Part shown: piece after piece, positions 25,701-35,916 of the stretch
Layout of the letters: every line of letters begins with the position of its first letter
Numbering within the stretch: position 1 is the stretch's first letter
NCBI GenBank assembly: GCA_046483495.1
Contig: JAWODC010000049.1
Coordinates: forward strand, 31,019-95,018
Origin: Desulfobacterales bacterium
GTDB lineage: Bacteria; Desulfobacterota; Desulfobacteria; Desulfobacterales; UBA5616
Length of the DNA stretch: 64,000 nt
Reading direction: 5' to 3'
Notes under the pieces: model-generated
The model's input: only the letters and a program-made list of their open reading frames with translations
Told to the model about the DNA's origin: nothing
Databases searched by the model: none
Program-made: the position numbers and the translations under genes

Positions 25701-26885
25701 ATGATCAACGTAGAACGAGAAGGAATTGAAAATGCCGGAGAAGTGGGACTCGATCCGGATCGCCTCTCAAGGCTAACCCAATCGGTGGTGGAGGACACCG
25801 GCAAAGGGCTTTATGACGGGGCTGTATTCGCGGTGGGTCGCTACGGAAAGCTTGTGCTGCACGAAGCCGTTGGGCATGCGGAAAAAGCTTCCGAAAGGGC
25901 TGCAAAACGTGATGATGTCTTCATGATCATGTCCATTACAAAGACCTTTACCGCCGGAGCGGTTTTTTCGTTCATCGAGAAGGGGCGGGTCGAGTTGACG
26001 ACCACGATCGCAGACGTCATTCCCGAGTTCGGCATAAAAGGAAAACAGCGGGTCACCGTGGCTCATCTGATGACGCATACCGGCGGAATGTCCGTCGACC
26101 TGCCGGCGATGCTTCCCGTAGAACAGGTGGGCGATCTTCAGGCATATGTAGCCGCGGCATGCAATGAACCGTTGAAGAGCCGGCCGGGCTCTCGGGTTTC
26201 CTACAGCCCCCTGACCGCACATGCCGTTCTGGCTGAAATGGTGCGGCGGCTGGACGGCGGCACCCGTCCTTTCAGACAAATTCTTGCCGAAGAACTCTTT
26301 GAGCCGCTGAAGATGAAGGATACATCCCTGGGTGTTCGAAAAGATCTCGAAGCAAGAAGAGTTCCCATCGTGGTGAGGGACAAAACCCCCGGCCTGTTCG
26401 ATCCGCTCCTTTTGGGCGCCATGAACGACCTGATTACCGAAGAAACCGAAATTCCGGCGGGCGGTGCCGCATCCACCGCACTTGACCTGTTCCGATGGGC
26501 GGAAATGCTTCGAAACGGCGGCGAACTCGATGGAATACGAGTTCTGTCGCCCGGTCTGCTGAAACTCGCCGTAACGAATCATACCGGTGACATGCCCAAT
26601 GACGTTTTCGATCATGCACGGGAAATACATGGCTGGGATCCATTCCCGGCTTACCTCGGGCTGAGCTTCTTCCTGCGCGGAAAAGGCATATTTGCCATGC
26701 CATTCGGCCAGACCACTTCCGAGAGAACATTTGGAGGATTGGGGGCCGGTTCGACCATGTTCTGGGTGGATCCGGAAAGAGAACTGACATTTGTACTGCT
26801 GACATCCGGCCTTCTCGAAGAAGGTGCCAGCTTTTTGCGTCATCAAAAGCTTTCGGATCTTCTCGTCGCTTCGGTCGTGGATTGA
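25701..26885 (+). CDS. serine hydrolase, beta-lactamase family (second paralog)
   Basis: SxxK motif in IMSITKTFTAGAV. GAAGGAGG upstream. 394 aa. Confidence 0.8.
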   Translation: MINVEREGIENAGEVGLDPDRLSRLTQSVVEDTGKGLYDGAVFAVGRYGKLVLHEAVGHAEKASERAAKRDDVFMIMSITKTFTAGAVFSFIEKGRVELTTTIADVIPEFGIKGKQRVTVAHLMTHTGGMSVDLPAMLPVEQVGDLQAYVAAACNEPLKSRPGSRVSYSPLTAHAVLAEMVRRLDGGTRPFRQILAEELFEPLKMKDTSLGVRKDLEARRVPIVVRDKTPGLFDPLLLGAMNDLITEETEIPAGGAASTALDLFRWAEMLRNGGELDGIRVLSPGLLKLAVTNHTGDMPNDVFDHAREIHGWDPFPAYLGLSFFLRGKGIFAMPFGQTTSERTFGGLGAGSTMFWVDPERELTFVLLTSGLLEEGASFLRHQKLSDLLVASVVD

Positions 26886-26981
26886 AGCAACATGCCGAGC
26901 GTGTTAAGCACTGCGCCGATTTAAAACGAAAAGGCCGTATAAACATTGCTGCACCATCCGGTAGGGCGGCCGATTACCGGC

Positions 26982-27854
26982 TCACCGCTCTCCATAAAGC
27001 CGATTCGCCGCCATCAGCCGTTCGACCGTCGGCTCGTGAACGGTAAACGGGATGGTAATTGGATCGGGTTCGGCAATGAAAAGGTGTTTTGTAAACGGCG
27101 TCTGTTGGAGATTCCGATTGAAAGCCATGATCATGAGTTTTTCGAGATTCACCACGTCTTCGATATTGTAGCGCAGAAGCGTTTCTAAAGCGTACTCATT
27201 TTTCCGCCAAACATAGTCCTCCCAGAGGCGAACGGCGAAAAATCCATCGATGCCCGTCAATTCACCTCGATCAATGCCCAACTGCCGTTCGCAGCTTTTC
27301 AAGCCGCCGGAATATCCCAGACGCCTGAGGACATACCGCAGATCGATATGTGCCTGGTTCAGGCGTATGTTAAAAAACGTTTCCAGAAAGGGGATATCGA
27401 AGCATTTTCCGTTATATGTGATCAGCAGGTCGTACGCCGATATATCATCGACGAAGTCTTCCAGGTTTTGCCCGTTGACGTAATGGCGAATGGTGAATCC
27501 GTCATATAGGGCGATGGTAGTGATCTCGCAGATAAAATCCAGGCCGGTGGTCTCGATATCGATGTAGGCGGTCTTGCTCCTGAAGCTGGAAAACAATCGC
27601 CAGTGTTGGTGGGACGGCAGTGCCGCAGTAAAGTAGGCGGTGTTCCGTGCTTCCAGATGCCGGATGGAATTGCCGACAGCCCGCCTGATGAATTCTTTAC
27701 GAGGAACCTTTGCCGCCGGACCACATCGCAGTAGAAAGGTTTGCCAATCGGTAAAACCCGACTTCCACAAGCTCAGTTCCGTCTTTAACCCGATGCCGGG
27801 GATATGGCAGAACGTATTTTGGAGCATACCCGAAATATTTTTCCTTGTTGACAT
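26982..27854 (-). CDS. RNase H-like 3'-5' exonuclease domain protein (YprB/COG3359-like) with N-terminal helix-hairpin-helix
   Basis: IPGIGLKTELSLWKSG (HhH). TAYIDIETTGLD, LITYNGKCFDIPFLE and YNIEDVVNL are the DEDD-type exonuclease motifs. Confidence 0.65.
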   Translation of the reverse strand: MSTRKNISGMLQNTFCHIPGIGLKTELSLWKSGFTDWQTFLLRCGPAAKVPRKEFIRRAVGNSIRHLEARNTAYFTAALPSHQHWRLFSSFRSKTAYIDIETTGLDFICEITTIALYDGFTIRHYVNGQNLEDFVDDISAYDLLITYNGKCFDIPFLETFFNIRLNQAHIDLRYVLRRLGYSGGLKSCERQLGIDRGELTGIDGFFAVRLWEDYVWRKNEYALETLLRYNIEDVVNLEKLMIMAFNRNLQQTPFTKHLFIAEPDPITIPFTVHEPTVERLMAANRLYGER

Positions 27855-27911
27855 TCGAGAGCTCTTTTATCATGAATCACCTATCAGGAAAAGCCTAACC
27901 CGGGTGTTGAA

Positions 27912-28526
27912 ATGAAAAAGAGATCGCCGGTATTCAAGGAAAATTATACCTATTATCTCGAGAAAATAAAGGCCGTTTCACTTGAAAAGACCGCACAACG
28001 TCTCGGCGCCGTCGTTGAGTCGGACGGCATTGTCATTCCCCTGTTCGGCAGGCCCTACCGATTGAACTCCGAAGGCGTTTCGGATTCTCGCGGAAATGTG
28101 CCGGACTACTTTACCTGTGTCGTGCTGTTTAAATACGTCCTTATGTGTCCGGATTGGGAGCCGGTGGCGGGCGACTGGGTATCGTTCAAAGATTTCAGGG
28201 ACGCCGCCCCGCTGGTCAGCTATTTTTCTCAGCGGGTGGAAGGCGATTTGACCCGGCATTTCGCAGGCAGAGCCGACCGGCTTGCATCCGCCTCCACGCG
28301 AATCGGGGGCGTCTTTTCGGATCTTCGCCTCTCCTACACCGTGGCTGCTGTTTTCGAGGCATTACCGAAGATCGCCGTCCTGGTCCTGTTCAACGACAAG
28401 GACGACGAATTTCCCGCCGCCTGTTCCGTCCTGTTCCGGAACCAGGCCCAGGCATACCTGGACATGGAATGCGTGGCAGGACTCGGAAATAGGCTGTCGG
28501 AGAAGCTTATTGGAGCGGATCGTTGA
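27912..28526 (+). CDS. DUF3786 domain protein
   Basis: IVIPLFGRPYRLNSEGV..., WVSFKDFRDAAPLVSYF and EALPKIAVLVLFNDKDDEFPAACSVLFRNQAQAYLDMEC follow the DUF3786 pattern as I remember it. Confidence 0.55.
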   Translation: MKKRSPVFKENYTYYLEKIKAVSLEKTAQRLGAVVESDGIVIPLFGRPYRLNSEGVSDSRGNVPDYFTCVVLFKYVLMCPDWEPVAGDWVSFKDFRDAAPLVSYFSQRVEGDLTRHFAGRADRLASASTRIGGVFSDLRLSYTVAAVFEALPKIAVLVLFNDKDDEFPAACSVLFRNQAQAYLDMECVAGLGNRLSEKLIGADR

Positions 28527-28604
28527 ACAGGGGTTGACGCACACGGCAGGGGTTCGGTTGCAGGGCTCTTGTATCGCCGAATACGCCCGGAAAGATTCCA
28601 AAAA

Positions 28605-29957
28605 ATGAATCAATCCCAACCATCGGTTTTGGAACATCCCTTTATCCGCTCTCCGCACCGGACCCTTGCCGGCATGTCGTTTCCCGTACTGCTGTCCTTG
28701 ATAGCAGAACCGATGACCGGACTGGTGGATACAGCTTTTGTTTCCCGGCTGGGTTCGGCGCCGCTCGCCGCCCTGGGAATCGGAGCGATGGTGCTGTCGG
28801 GCATTTTCTGGATCTTCAATTTTCTCGGAATCGGGACCCAAACCGGTATCGCCCAGGCATACGGAAACCGGGATTACGAAAGAGGCAGACAAACCGCCTG
28901 GACGGCCGTAATTGCAGGCGCCATTCTGGGATTGGGAGTGGCGGCTGTCTGCACGCCTCTGGTTTCCGCGATTTCACATGCCATGGGAGCCACCCCGAAT
29001 GTGCATACTGCGGCCGTTGAGTATCTGCACATCCGATTGCTCGGAGCTCCGGCCGTATTGGTTTCCGTGGCGGCATTCGGGGCCCTCAGAGGGTTGATGG
29101 ACATGAAGACGCCGTTTTACATAGCCGTCTTCGTCAATGGGGTGAACATCGTTCTGGACGCCGTTTTGATTTTCGGATTCGGCAACCTTCCACCTATGGG
29201 AGTCGCCGGCGCGGCATTGGCGGCCACGATCAGCCAATATATGGGTGCTGTCTGGGCGGGGGCGGCGGTCTATCGAAGGTTCGGCTTTTTTATGCGCCTG
29301 CCTATGAAGGATTTGGCTCGACTCTTCCTGGTGGGAAGAGATCTGTTTATTCGAACCGGACTGATCATTTTTTTCCTGCTTCTAAGCACCCGCTCGGCGA
29401 CTAAAATGGGTCCTGAAGCCGGGGCCGCGCATCAGGCCATTCGGCAGGTTTGGGTATTCACGGCTCTTTTTCTCGATGCATTCGCAATCACGGGACAAAG
29501 CCTGATCGGTTATTTTTTCGGCCCGGGGGAGGTGGGTACGGCCAGAAATGCCGCCAAGGTCATTTGTTTGTGGAGCATTGGCACCGGACTTCTGCTGACC
29601 GCCGCCATGGTGGCGGGCCTGGGAATCGTCCGGTCGGTTCTGGTTCCCCCGGATGCCTTCTATGCCTTTGGCCCGGCCTGGCTTGTAGCCGCCGCAACCC
29701 AACCGGTCAATGCCGTCGCCTTTGCCACGGACGGTATTCACTGGGGAGCCGGGGATTGGCGGTACCTGAGGAACGTTGTCTGTCTTGCGACAGGATTTGG
29801 AGCTGCAGGTATTTTTTTCGTCGAACATTCGATTGACCCTTCCCTCATCGATGTCTGGATCGTAATCGCGTTTTGGCTGGTCATACGGGCTTTTTTCGGT
29901 ATTGCTCGAATTTGGCCCGGGTCGGGCACGGCCCCTTTAAAAAACCGCAAAAGATGA
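28605..29957 (+). CDS. MATE-family efflux transporter
   Basis: ORF 28569..29957 trimmed to ATG 28605. 12 TM segments, with the N-terminal LIAEPMTGLVDTAFVSRLG typical of MATE. Confidence 0.8.
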   Translation: MNQSQPSVLEHPFIRSPHRTLAGMSFPVLLSLIAEPMTGLVDTAFVSRLGSAPLAALGIGAMVLSGIFWIFNFLGIGTQTGIAQAYGNRDYERGRQTAWTAVIAGAILGLGVAAVCTPLVSAISHAMGATPNVHTAAVEYLHIRLLGAPAVLVSVAAFGALRGLMDMKTPFYIAVFVNGVNIVLDAVLIFGFGNLPPMGVAGAALAATISQYMGAVWAGAAVYRRFGFFMRLPMKDLARLFLVGRDLFIRTGLIIFFLLLSTRSATKMGPEAGAAHQAIRQVWVFTALFLDAFAITGQSLIGYFFGPGEVGTARNAAKVICLWSIGTGLLLTAAMVAGLGIVRSVLVPPDAFYAFGPAWLVAAATQPVNAVAFATDGIHWGAGDWRYLRNVVCLATGFGAAGIFFVEHSIDPSLIDVWIVIAFWLVIRAFFGIARIWPGSGTAPLKNRKR

Positions 29958-30106
29958 ATCCCGTTTCGTCTCGCCCGTCCCGCTTCGTGTGCCCAAACCG
30001 CTCCGAACTTCAAGATAAAAGGGGATTGTTGACATGATAAATCACCGCTAGGCCCTTGATTAAGCCGGATTCGGTCTTACCTCTTTAAAAAAAGGAGGTG
30101 TGTATC

Positions 30107-31156
30107 ATGAATCACGTCATCGTACTGCTGATTATGTCCATGCTGGGAATTATCGCCTTTAGTTCATGTGCGTCGGCCGATGTAAAAACGAAAACGGCCA
30201 CGTTTGCGGGCGGTTGCTTCTGGTGTATGGAAAAACCCTTTGAAAAACTCGATGGTGTTGTCTCGGTGGTTTCCGGATATACGGGGGGAAAAACGGAAAG
30301 CCCCACTTACGAAGAGGTTTCATCAGGTTCGACCGGGCATGCGGAAGCCGTTCAAATCATATATGATCCTTCTCGAATCAGTTATGGTAAGCTGCTGGAA
30401 GTATTCTGGCGTCAAATCGATCCCACGGATGCCGGCGGCCAGTTCGCCGACCGCGGAACCCAGTACCGTTCTGAGATTTTTTACCATGATGATGAGCAGC
30501 GAAGGCTTGCTGAAACATCCAAACAGGTTCTTTCGGAAAGCGGGCGTTTCGACAAGCCTATCGTAACGAACATCACCCCGGCCGGGCCTTTTTACAAAGC
30601 CGAGGGTTACCATCAGGAGTATTACAAACATCATCCGGTTCGCTACCGGACGTACCGGTCCCATTCCGGAAGGGAATCCTTTTTGGAGAAAGCCTGGAAT
30701 AATGATGAGACAATCTTGAGCGAAACCGCATCGAAATCAAACCTGAAGCAAAGGTTAACGCCGATGCAGTACCGGGTAACGCAGGAAAACGGCACCGAAC
30801 CCCCGTTTGACAATGCTTATTGGGACAATAAAAAAGAGGGTATTTACGTGGACATCGTGTCCAATGAGCCCCTGTTCAGTTCCACGGACAAGTTTGAATC
30901 CGGTACGGGATGGCCGAGTTTCACCAAGCCCTTGGAGCCCGAAAATATTCTAGAAAAAGAGGATCGGTTCCTCTTTACCGTCCGGACGGAAGTGCGCAGC
31001 AAAAAGGGAGATTCCCATCTGGGGCACGTCTTCGACGACGGCCCTCCCCCCACCGGCCTGCGATACTGCATCAACTCGGCAGCCCTTCGCTTCATTCCGA
31101 AAAACGATTTGGAAAAAGAAGGATTCGGCCGGTATAAAACGCTTTTCAACGACTAA
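30107..31156 (+). CDS. msrAB: bifunctional peptide-methionine sulfoxide reductase MsrA/MsrB with signal peptide
   Basis: AGGAGG upstream of ATG 30107. Signal-like [24 protein letters not shown]. MsrA box [11 protein letters not shown]. MsrB GWPSF...[10 protein letters not shown]...RYCINS. Confidence 0.9.
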   Translation: MNHVIVLLIMSMLGIIAFSSCASADVKTKTATFAGGCFWCMEKPFEKLDGVVSVVSGYTGGKTESPTYEEVSSGSTGHAEAVQIIYDPSRISYGKLLEVFWRQIDPTDAGGQFADRGTQYRSEIFYHDDEQRRLAETSKQVLSESGRFDKPIVTNITPAGPFYKAEGYHQEYYKHHPVRYRTYRSHSGRESFLEKAWNNDETILSETASKSNLKQRLTPMQYRVTQENGTEPPFDNAYWDNKKEGIYVDIVSNEPLFSSTDKFESGTGWPSFTKPLEPENILEKEDRFLFTVRTEVRSKKGDSHLGHVFDDGPPPTGLRYCINSAALRFIPKNDLEKEGFGRYKTLFND

Positions 31157-31172
31157 ACCATTCAACCACAAA

Positions 31173-31204
31173 AAAATCCGCCGGGACTGATCCCGGCGGA
31201 TTTT
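31173..31204 (+). terminator. rho-independent (potentially bidirectional) terminator after msrAB
   Basis: Perfect 14-bp stem AAAATCCGCCGGGA / TCCCGGCGGATTTT with loop CTGA. Confidence 0.7.
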
Positions 31205-31378
31205 AACCGCCTCCGGACCGGCTGTTAAACATATCTTGATTCATCCCCACTGTTTTTGTTATGGATTGCAGGAGCCTTGTTCAGGTTTTTTCACTAGCGT
31301 TTGCGGGCGGTGTTTGGACATTCAGCGGCCAGGCCCGGTCTTTTGCGGGGTCGGGGCAAGGGCAAAGGAGGTCTTCCG

Positions 31379-33031
31379 ATGACGACACAGCATTATGTTG
31401 AGGTTACCTATGAAAAGAATAATATTCTGGAACATGTGAAGGAGAGCATTGCCCGATTTCCGGATCGGGAACTCGTAATTTCCGGGGATGGATCCATACG
31501 CAAAACCTACCGGCAAGTCAATGAAAGGGCAAACCGGCTGGCCCGTCTTCTGCAACGATACGGCGTTAAAAAAGGCGATCGGGTTGCACTTTTTGAAAAC
31601 AACCGGTGGCAGTATTTCGAGCAATACCTGGCGATTTTGAAGCTGGGTGCGATTTGCGTTCCCATGAACTTTCGATTGAAGAGCAGTGAGGCGCTGTTTA
31701 TTTTAAATCAATCCGGCGCCGTCGTGCTGCTGTTCGAAGAACGGTATACCCCGATCTTCGAACCGATTTTACCGGAAATGGAACATGTGAAGCATTTTTT
31801 ATGCACCGCCGGCACCGTTCCCGATTGGGCCGGGGATTATGAACGCCTGCTGGCGGAATCTTCACCGGAGGATCTTCCGGCGCCCGACCTCGGCCTGGAT
31901 GATATCTGCGCCATCTGCTACACCAGCGGCACCACCGGGTTGCCGAAAGGGTCCATTGCCACCCACCGGAACATCATGGTAAATTTTTACTCGACCGAAA
32001 TGGGTGAGGGATTCGATGATCCGATTTACAGTGAGAATGAACCGGGGTATCCTGTATTTCTGAACATCGTGCCCCTGTATCACATCGCAGGCATCATTTC
32101 CACGTATGCCGTCATGTCATCCGGTGCCGCCATGGTTCTGCCCGATGCCTTTACCCCGAAGCTGTTCATGGAAACCGTGCAACGGGAAAAGGTCAGCATT
32201 ACGTATCTGGTGCCCACCATGTTCCACATGATTTTGGAGGATCCGGATTTCAAGAAATATGACCTCACGAGCCTGAAAAGCATCGGATACGGCGCCATGC
32301 CGATGAACGATGCGCTCCTTCAGCGCATCCTTCGCGAATTCCCACCGGACATTCGATACAGCGATAATTTCGGCTGCACCGAATGCAATGCCACCAGCAT
32401 CGCCAAACGGCCGGAAGATCACGATCTTTCCGGGGAAGCGAAGGAGGTTGAAAAGAAACTTAAACGGCTTAAAGGAGTGGGCGTGGCAATGTCGTTCGGT
32501 ATTGAAACGCGTATCGTCGATGAGCATAATCAGGAGGTCGGGCCCGGTGAAGTCGGGGAAATCGTTTGCAGGGGCGACAAGGTGACCCCCGGCTACTGGC
32601 AGAACCCCGAGGCAACAGCAAAAGCAATAGACGGGGAAGGCTGGTTTCATACCGGTGATATGGGGTGGAAGGATGAAGATGGGTTCTTTTATTTTGCCGA
32701 CCGGGCCAAGGACATGATCAACCGGGGCGGGGAAAACATTTATCCCATGGAAGTGGAGCGCGTAATCGCCAAACATCCAAAGGTCATGGATGTGGCCGTT
32801 TACGGCGGTGCCGATCCAAAGTGGGGCCATATCGTGGCGGCCGCGGTGGTGCTCCGCCCGGGGGAAACACTTGCGGAAGAGGAGCTCATCTCCTTTTGCA
32901 AGGCCGATCTGGCCAGCTACAAGGTGCCGACTTTCATTGATTTTGTCGATTCACTGCCAAGAACATTCGAGGGCGGGAAGGTAAAACGCAATGTTCTGCG
33001 GGAGGAATTCGCAAAAAAACACAGGTCTTAA
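31379..33031 (+). CDS. AMP-dependent acyl-CoA synthetase/ligase (fatty-acid-CoA ligase type)
   Basis: ORF 31301..33031 trimmed to ATG 31379 (AAGGAGG upstream). AMP box YTSGTTGLPKG, then GWFHTGDMGWKDEDGFFYFADRAKDMI and C-terminal GKVKR. Confidence 0.85.
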   Translation: MTTQHYVEVTYEKNNILEHVKESIARFPDRELVISGDGSIRKTYRQVNERANRLARLLQRYGVKKGDRVALFENNRWQYFEQYLAILKLGAICVPMNFRLKSSEALFILNQSGAVVLLFEERYTPIFEPILPEMEHVKHFLCTAGTVPDWAGDYERLLAESSPEDLPAPDLGLDDICAICYTSGTTGLPKGSIATHRNIMVNFYSTEMGEGFDDPIYSENEPGYPVFLNIVPLYHIAGIISTYAVMSSGAAMVLPDAFTPKLFMETVQREKVSITYLVPTMFHMILEDPDFKKYDLTSLKSIGYGAMPMNDALLQRILREFPPDIRYSDNFGCTECNATSIAKRPEDHDLSGEAKEVEKKLKRLKGVGVAMSFGIETRIVDEHNQEVGPGEVGEIVCRGDKVTPGYWQNPEATAKAIDGEGWFHTGDMGWKDEDGFFYFADRAKDMINRGGENIYPMEVERVIAKHPKVMDVAVYGGADPKWGHIVAAAVVLRPGETLAEEELISFCKADLASYKVPTFIDFVDSLPRTFEGGKVKRNVLREEFAKKHRS

Positions 33032-33492
33032 GATTTCTCAAGGCCCTGCTTGTGCCTCAGCAACTCAGGGCTGATCACCAGCACCGGGACAGGTGCATAT
33101 TTGACGGCATGCCCGGCGACGCTTCCGAAAATCGCCCGTTCAATGCCGGTGCTGCTGTGCCCCATGATGATGAGGTCGATCTTTTCAGACCGGGTATAGG
33201 CCATGATTTCATCGGCCGGGCGGCCGATCAGAATTTTGGATTTCACCGGCCTGTCCTTGAAGTTTTCGGCGATGAATCCCTTGAACTTTTTTCCAGCGCC
33301 CTTGTAAATTTCGGTTTCAAAGTTTCCGATGTATGCCGCTGAAAGATCGAGATTGGAATAGTAGTTTGTCACATGAACGACGTAAATGATATGGATTTCC
33401 GAATCGAACCTGTCGGCCATTTCCAGAACATACGAGCAAACTTTTGATGAGGCATCGGACAAATCCACGGGAAACAATATTTTCTTAAACAT
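33028..33492 (-). CDS. universal stress protein (UspA family)
   Basis: MFKKILFPVDLSDAS... and the C-terminal GSVAGHAVKYAPVPVLVI. Confidence 0.85.
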   Translation of the reverse strand: MFKKILFPVDLSDASSKVCSYVLEMADRFDSEIHIIYVVHVTNYYSNLDLSAAYIGNFETEIYKGAGKKFKGFIAENFKDRPVKSKILIGRPADEIMAYTRSEKIDLIIMGHSSTGIERAIFGSVAGHAVKYAPVPVLVISPELLRHKQGLEKS

Positions 33493-33985
33493 GAGCGCCC
33501 CTCCTTTTCCGGTCTGCTTGCGTTGACAATCGGAAACAATTACATCTGTAGAATTCGATCCCCGGGATGGCCGCAGGCGTCACAATCCGGGCCCTGCGGG
33601 ATTGGCTCTCTACCACGATTAAGCCGGGAACCCGCCTATGAGCATCCCGGCGTTTCATGCCGGCAGCTTCCCGAAAAGTTCGAGAAGCATGTGATAAATG
33701 CCGCGCGAAGCTTCTCAGTGAACAGGTCGGATGCTTTTTGTCATCTTCTGCATGTTCATGGGTTTTGGTGAAGCTATGCGGCACTTAATGCCTTCTGCTG
33801 ACGAACCGCAGATGACTATAAAACTAAAAGGTAAAATACTTTAAACGGCATTCGACCAGAAATCAAATAAAAACCAACTGCTTTTTAAAAAAATGTATTC
33901 ACGCTTTTGCCGGTTACTCAGCCGAGTATGTGTTGTAAAGAGGGCGGCCGGGTTGCCGCGGGCATTATAATGAAGGGAGATAACC

Positions 33986-34819
33986 ATGACATTGTTCACC
34001 ATAGATCCGGAAAAATGCAATCGGGACGGCATCTGCGAGGCTGTATGCCCTTTTGCACTGATAACGTTAAACCGTGAAAATTCCATTCCCACGCCGGTTG
34101 AATTCGCTGAAAAGCGGTGCATGAACTGCGGCCATTGCATGGCAGCCTGCCCTACCGGGGCCTTGTCGCTCAATACCATGACGCCGTCGGCATGCACTCC
34201 GATCGACTCCGATATGGAAATAGACAGAGCCCAAATCGATCGCCTTCTGAAGGGCCGCCGTTCAATTCGGGTGTTCAAGGACAAACCCGTATCCCGGGAT
34301 ACCCTTGTTGAATTGCTGCAGCTGGCAAGTTATGCCCCGACCGGGCACAACTCCCAAATGACCCAATGGCTGGTCATTACGGATCCATCGCACATCAAAC
34401 GGCTTTCCGGAATGGTAATCGATTGGATGCGAGGGCTGCTCGAGGAAAATCCCGGGTTTGCAGAGAGCATGGAAGCGGATATCCTGGTGGCCCAATGGGA
34501 CAAGGGCAACGATTACATTCTTCGCAGTGCGCCGTGCCTGATCATCGCTCACGCCCCACGGGATTTCAAGGATATTCATCTTGTCCGGAATCAGTTCGTG
34601 ATCGCCATGACTTATCTCGAATTGGCGGCGAATGCCATGGGGTTGGGCGGATGCTGGGGCGGGTTTTTTCAGGCGGCTATTGAATTTTATCCGTCGATAA
34701 ACGAGGCTGTCGGTCTCCCGGAAGGGCATTTAAGCTATGAATGCATGATGCTGGGATATCCCAAATACGCGTACCACCGAATACCCAAGCGAAATGAACC
34801 CGCAATTATATGGCGGTAG
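33986..34819 (+). CDS. nitroreductase-family protein with N-terminal 2x[4Fe-4S] ferredoxin domain
   Basis: CNRDGICEAVCP and CMNCGHCMAACP, followed by the nitroreductase core RRSIRVFKDKPV...APTGHNSQ. Confidence 0.8.
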   Translation: MTLFTIDPEKCNRDGICEAVCPFALITLNRENSIPTPVEFAEKRCMNCGHCMAACPTGALSLNTMTPSACTPIDSDMEIDRAQIDRLLKGRRSIRVFKDKPVSRDTLVELLQLASYAPTGHNSQMTQWLVITDPSHIKRLSGMVIDWMRGLLEENPGFAESMEADILVAQWDKGNDYILRSAPCLIIAHAPRDFKDIHLVRNQFVIAMTYLELAANAMGLGGCWGGFFQAAIEFYPSINEAVGLPEGHLSYECMMLGYPKYAYHRIPKRNEPAIIWR

Positions 34820-34830
34820 ACTGGCAGCTT

Positions 34831-35649
34831 CTATTTCTTAGCCCTAAAGCGCTTAAAATCAGGCGGTCTTTTTTCAAGAAATGCCGAGACCCCTTCGTGG
34901 GACTCGTCTGTTTTGTAGAATAACTCCAGGGTTCGCTTGGACATGGTGTTGATGCCGTTGACATGGTCGGTATCCGCATTGAAGGAGGCCTTGAGAAAAG
35001 CCAGTGCGTAAGGCGATTTCTGGAGCAATTCACGGCACCATCGATTCACTTCGTCCTCGAGTTCGGACGGGGGCACGACCTTATTGACGAGTCCCATCTC
35101 AAGGGCTTCGGTTGCCGAATACTGCCGGCAGAGGTACCAGATTTCTCGAGCCTTCTTTTCGCCGACGATACGGGAAAGAAACACGGTGCCGTAACCGGCA
35201 TCGAAACTGCCCACCCGCGGACCCGCCTGGCCGAACCGTGCCGTTTCAGATGCAATGGTCAAGTCGCATACCACGTGCAGCACATGGCCCCCGCCGACGG
35301 CATATCCGTTAACCATCGCAATGACCGGTTTTGGGATACTTCGTATGGTATGGATCACTTGGTCATGGGCATCGAGAAGATCGAACAGCGCCCCGCCTTT
35401 TTCGTATCCGTCTTCATCTTTTATCTTCTGGTCTCCACCCGTGCAAAACGCTTTGTCACCCTTTCCGGTGACCACGACAACACCCACGGCGTGGTCCACC
35501 CACGCATTCCGAAGAGCGTCGTTCATTTCCTCGAGCGTCGATGCCGTAAAGGCATTGTATCGTTCAGGCCGGTTGATGGTTATTCGTGCGATTCCGCCGT
35601 CCTTTTCATATAAAATATCATTATAACTCACGATAGGCCTCCTTTTCAT
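34831..35649 (-). CDS. crotonase-superfamily enzyme, MenB (1,4-dihydroxy-2-naphthoyl-CoA synthase)-like
   Basis: [23 protein letters not shown]...[19 protein letters not shown]...[18 protein letters not shown] is collinear with MenB-type sequences. Confidence 0.6.
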   Translation of the reverse strand: MKRRPIVSYNDILYEKDGGIARITINRPERYNAFTASTLEEMNDALRNAWVDHAVGVVVVTGKGDKAFCTGGDQKIKDEDGYEKGGALFDLLDAHDQVIHTIRSIPKPVIAMVNGYAVGGGHVLHVVCDLTIASETARFGQAGPRVGSFDAGYGTVFLSRIVGEKKAREIWYLCRQYSATEALEMGLVNKVVPPSELEDEVNRWCRELLQKSPYALAFLKASFNADTDHVNGINTMSKRTLELFYKTDESHEGVSAFLEKRPPDFKRFRAKK

Positions 35650-35916
35650 CTACGGGTTCACCTTTCGGGGTTCATGGCAGAGCGGATTGGGCCGTTCGTC
35701 GGCGTTGCCTGAACTCGCCGAAAAGGTCCACCAAACCGCAGCGGAAACCAATTTAATGCAAAAATTTACTCCCATTCACCCGTTTGTATCGTATTCAGCA
35801 TATCAAATAAGTTTTATCAATAAAAATGGTTGATTACGTGATAGGTATCCTTTATATTTTTCACTTGTTCGACATAGGCTGTAAACGAATAACGGCACAC
35901 AACAAAGGATTGGCAT

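Noticed and set aside
25773-26846. 357-aa ORF antisense to the serine-hydrolase gene. Similar long antisense ORFs occur at 62274..63290, 20297..21109, 6296..6916, 32117..32830 and 7959..8564.
   Set aside because: The translations are low-complexity and rich in R/G/H/C with no recognisable motifs. Each lies entirely inside a well-supported gene on the other strand. Such shadow ORFs are expected in moderately GC-rich DNA.
26982-27854. RNase-H-fold exonuclease as the nuclease component of a defence system.
   Set aside because: No associated ATPase, helicase, methyltransferase, sensor or effector genes are nearby. The neighbours are a hydrolase, DUF3786 and a MATE transporter.
33493-33985. 493-bp gene-free region with GC-rich complementary segments (for example CCGGGATG at ~33563 and CATCCCGG at ~33650) that might be a structured RNA.
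   Set aside because: I could not match it to any RNA family consensus I know (riboswitches, 6S, SRP, RNase P, tmRNA). No promoter or terminator pair is visible, and short GC-rich complementarity is expected by chance.
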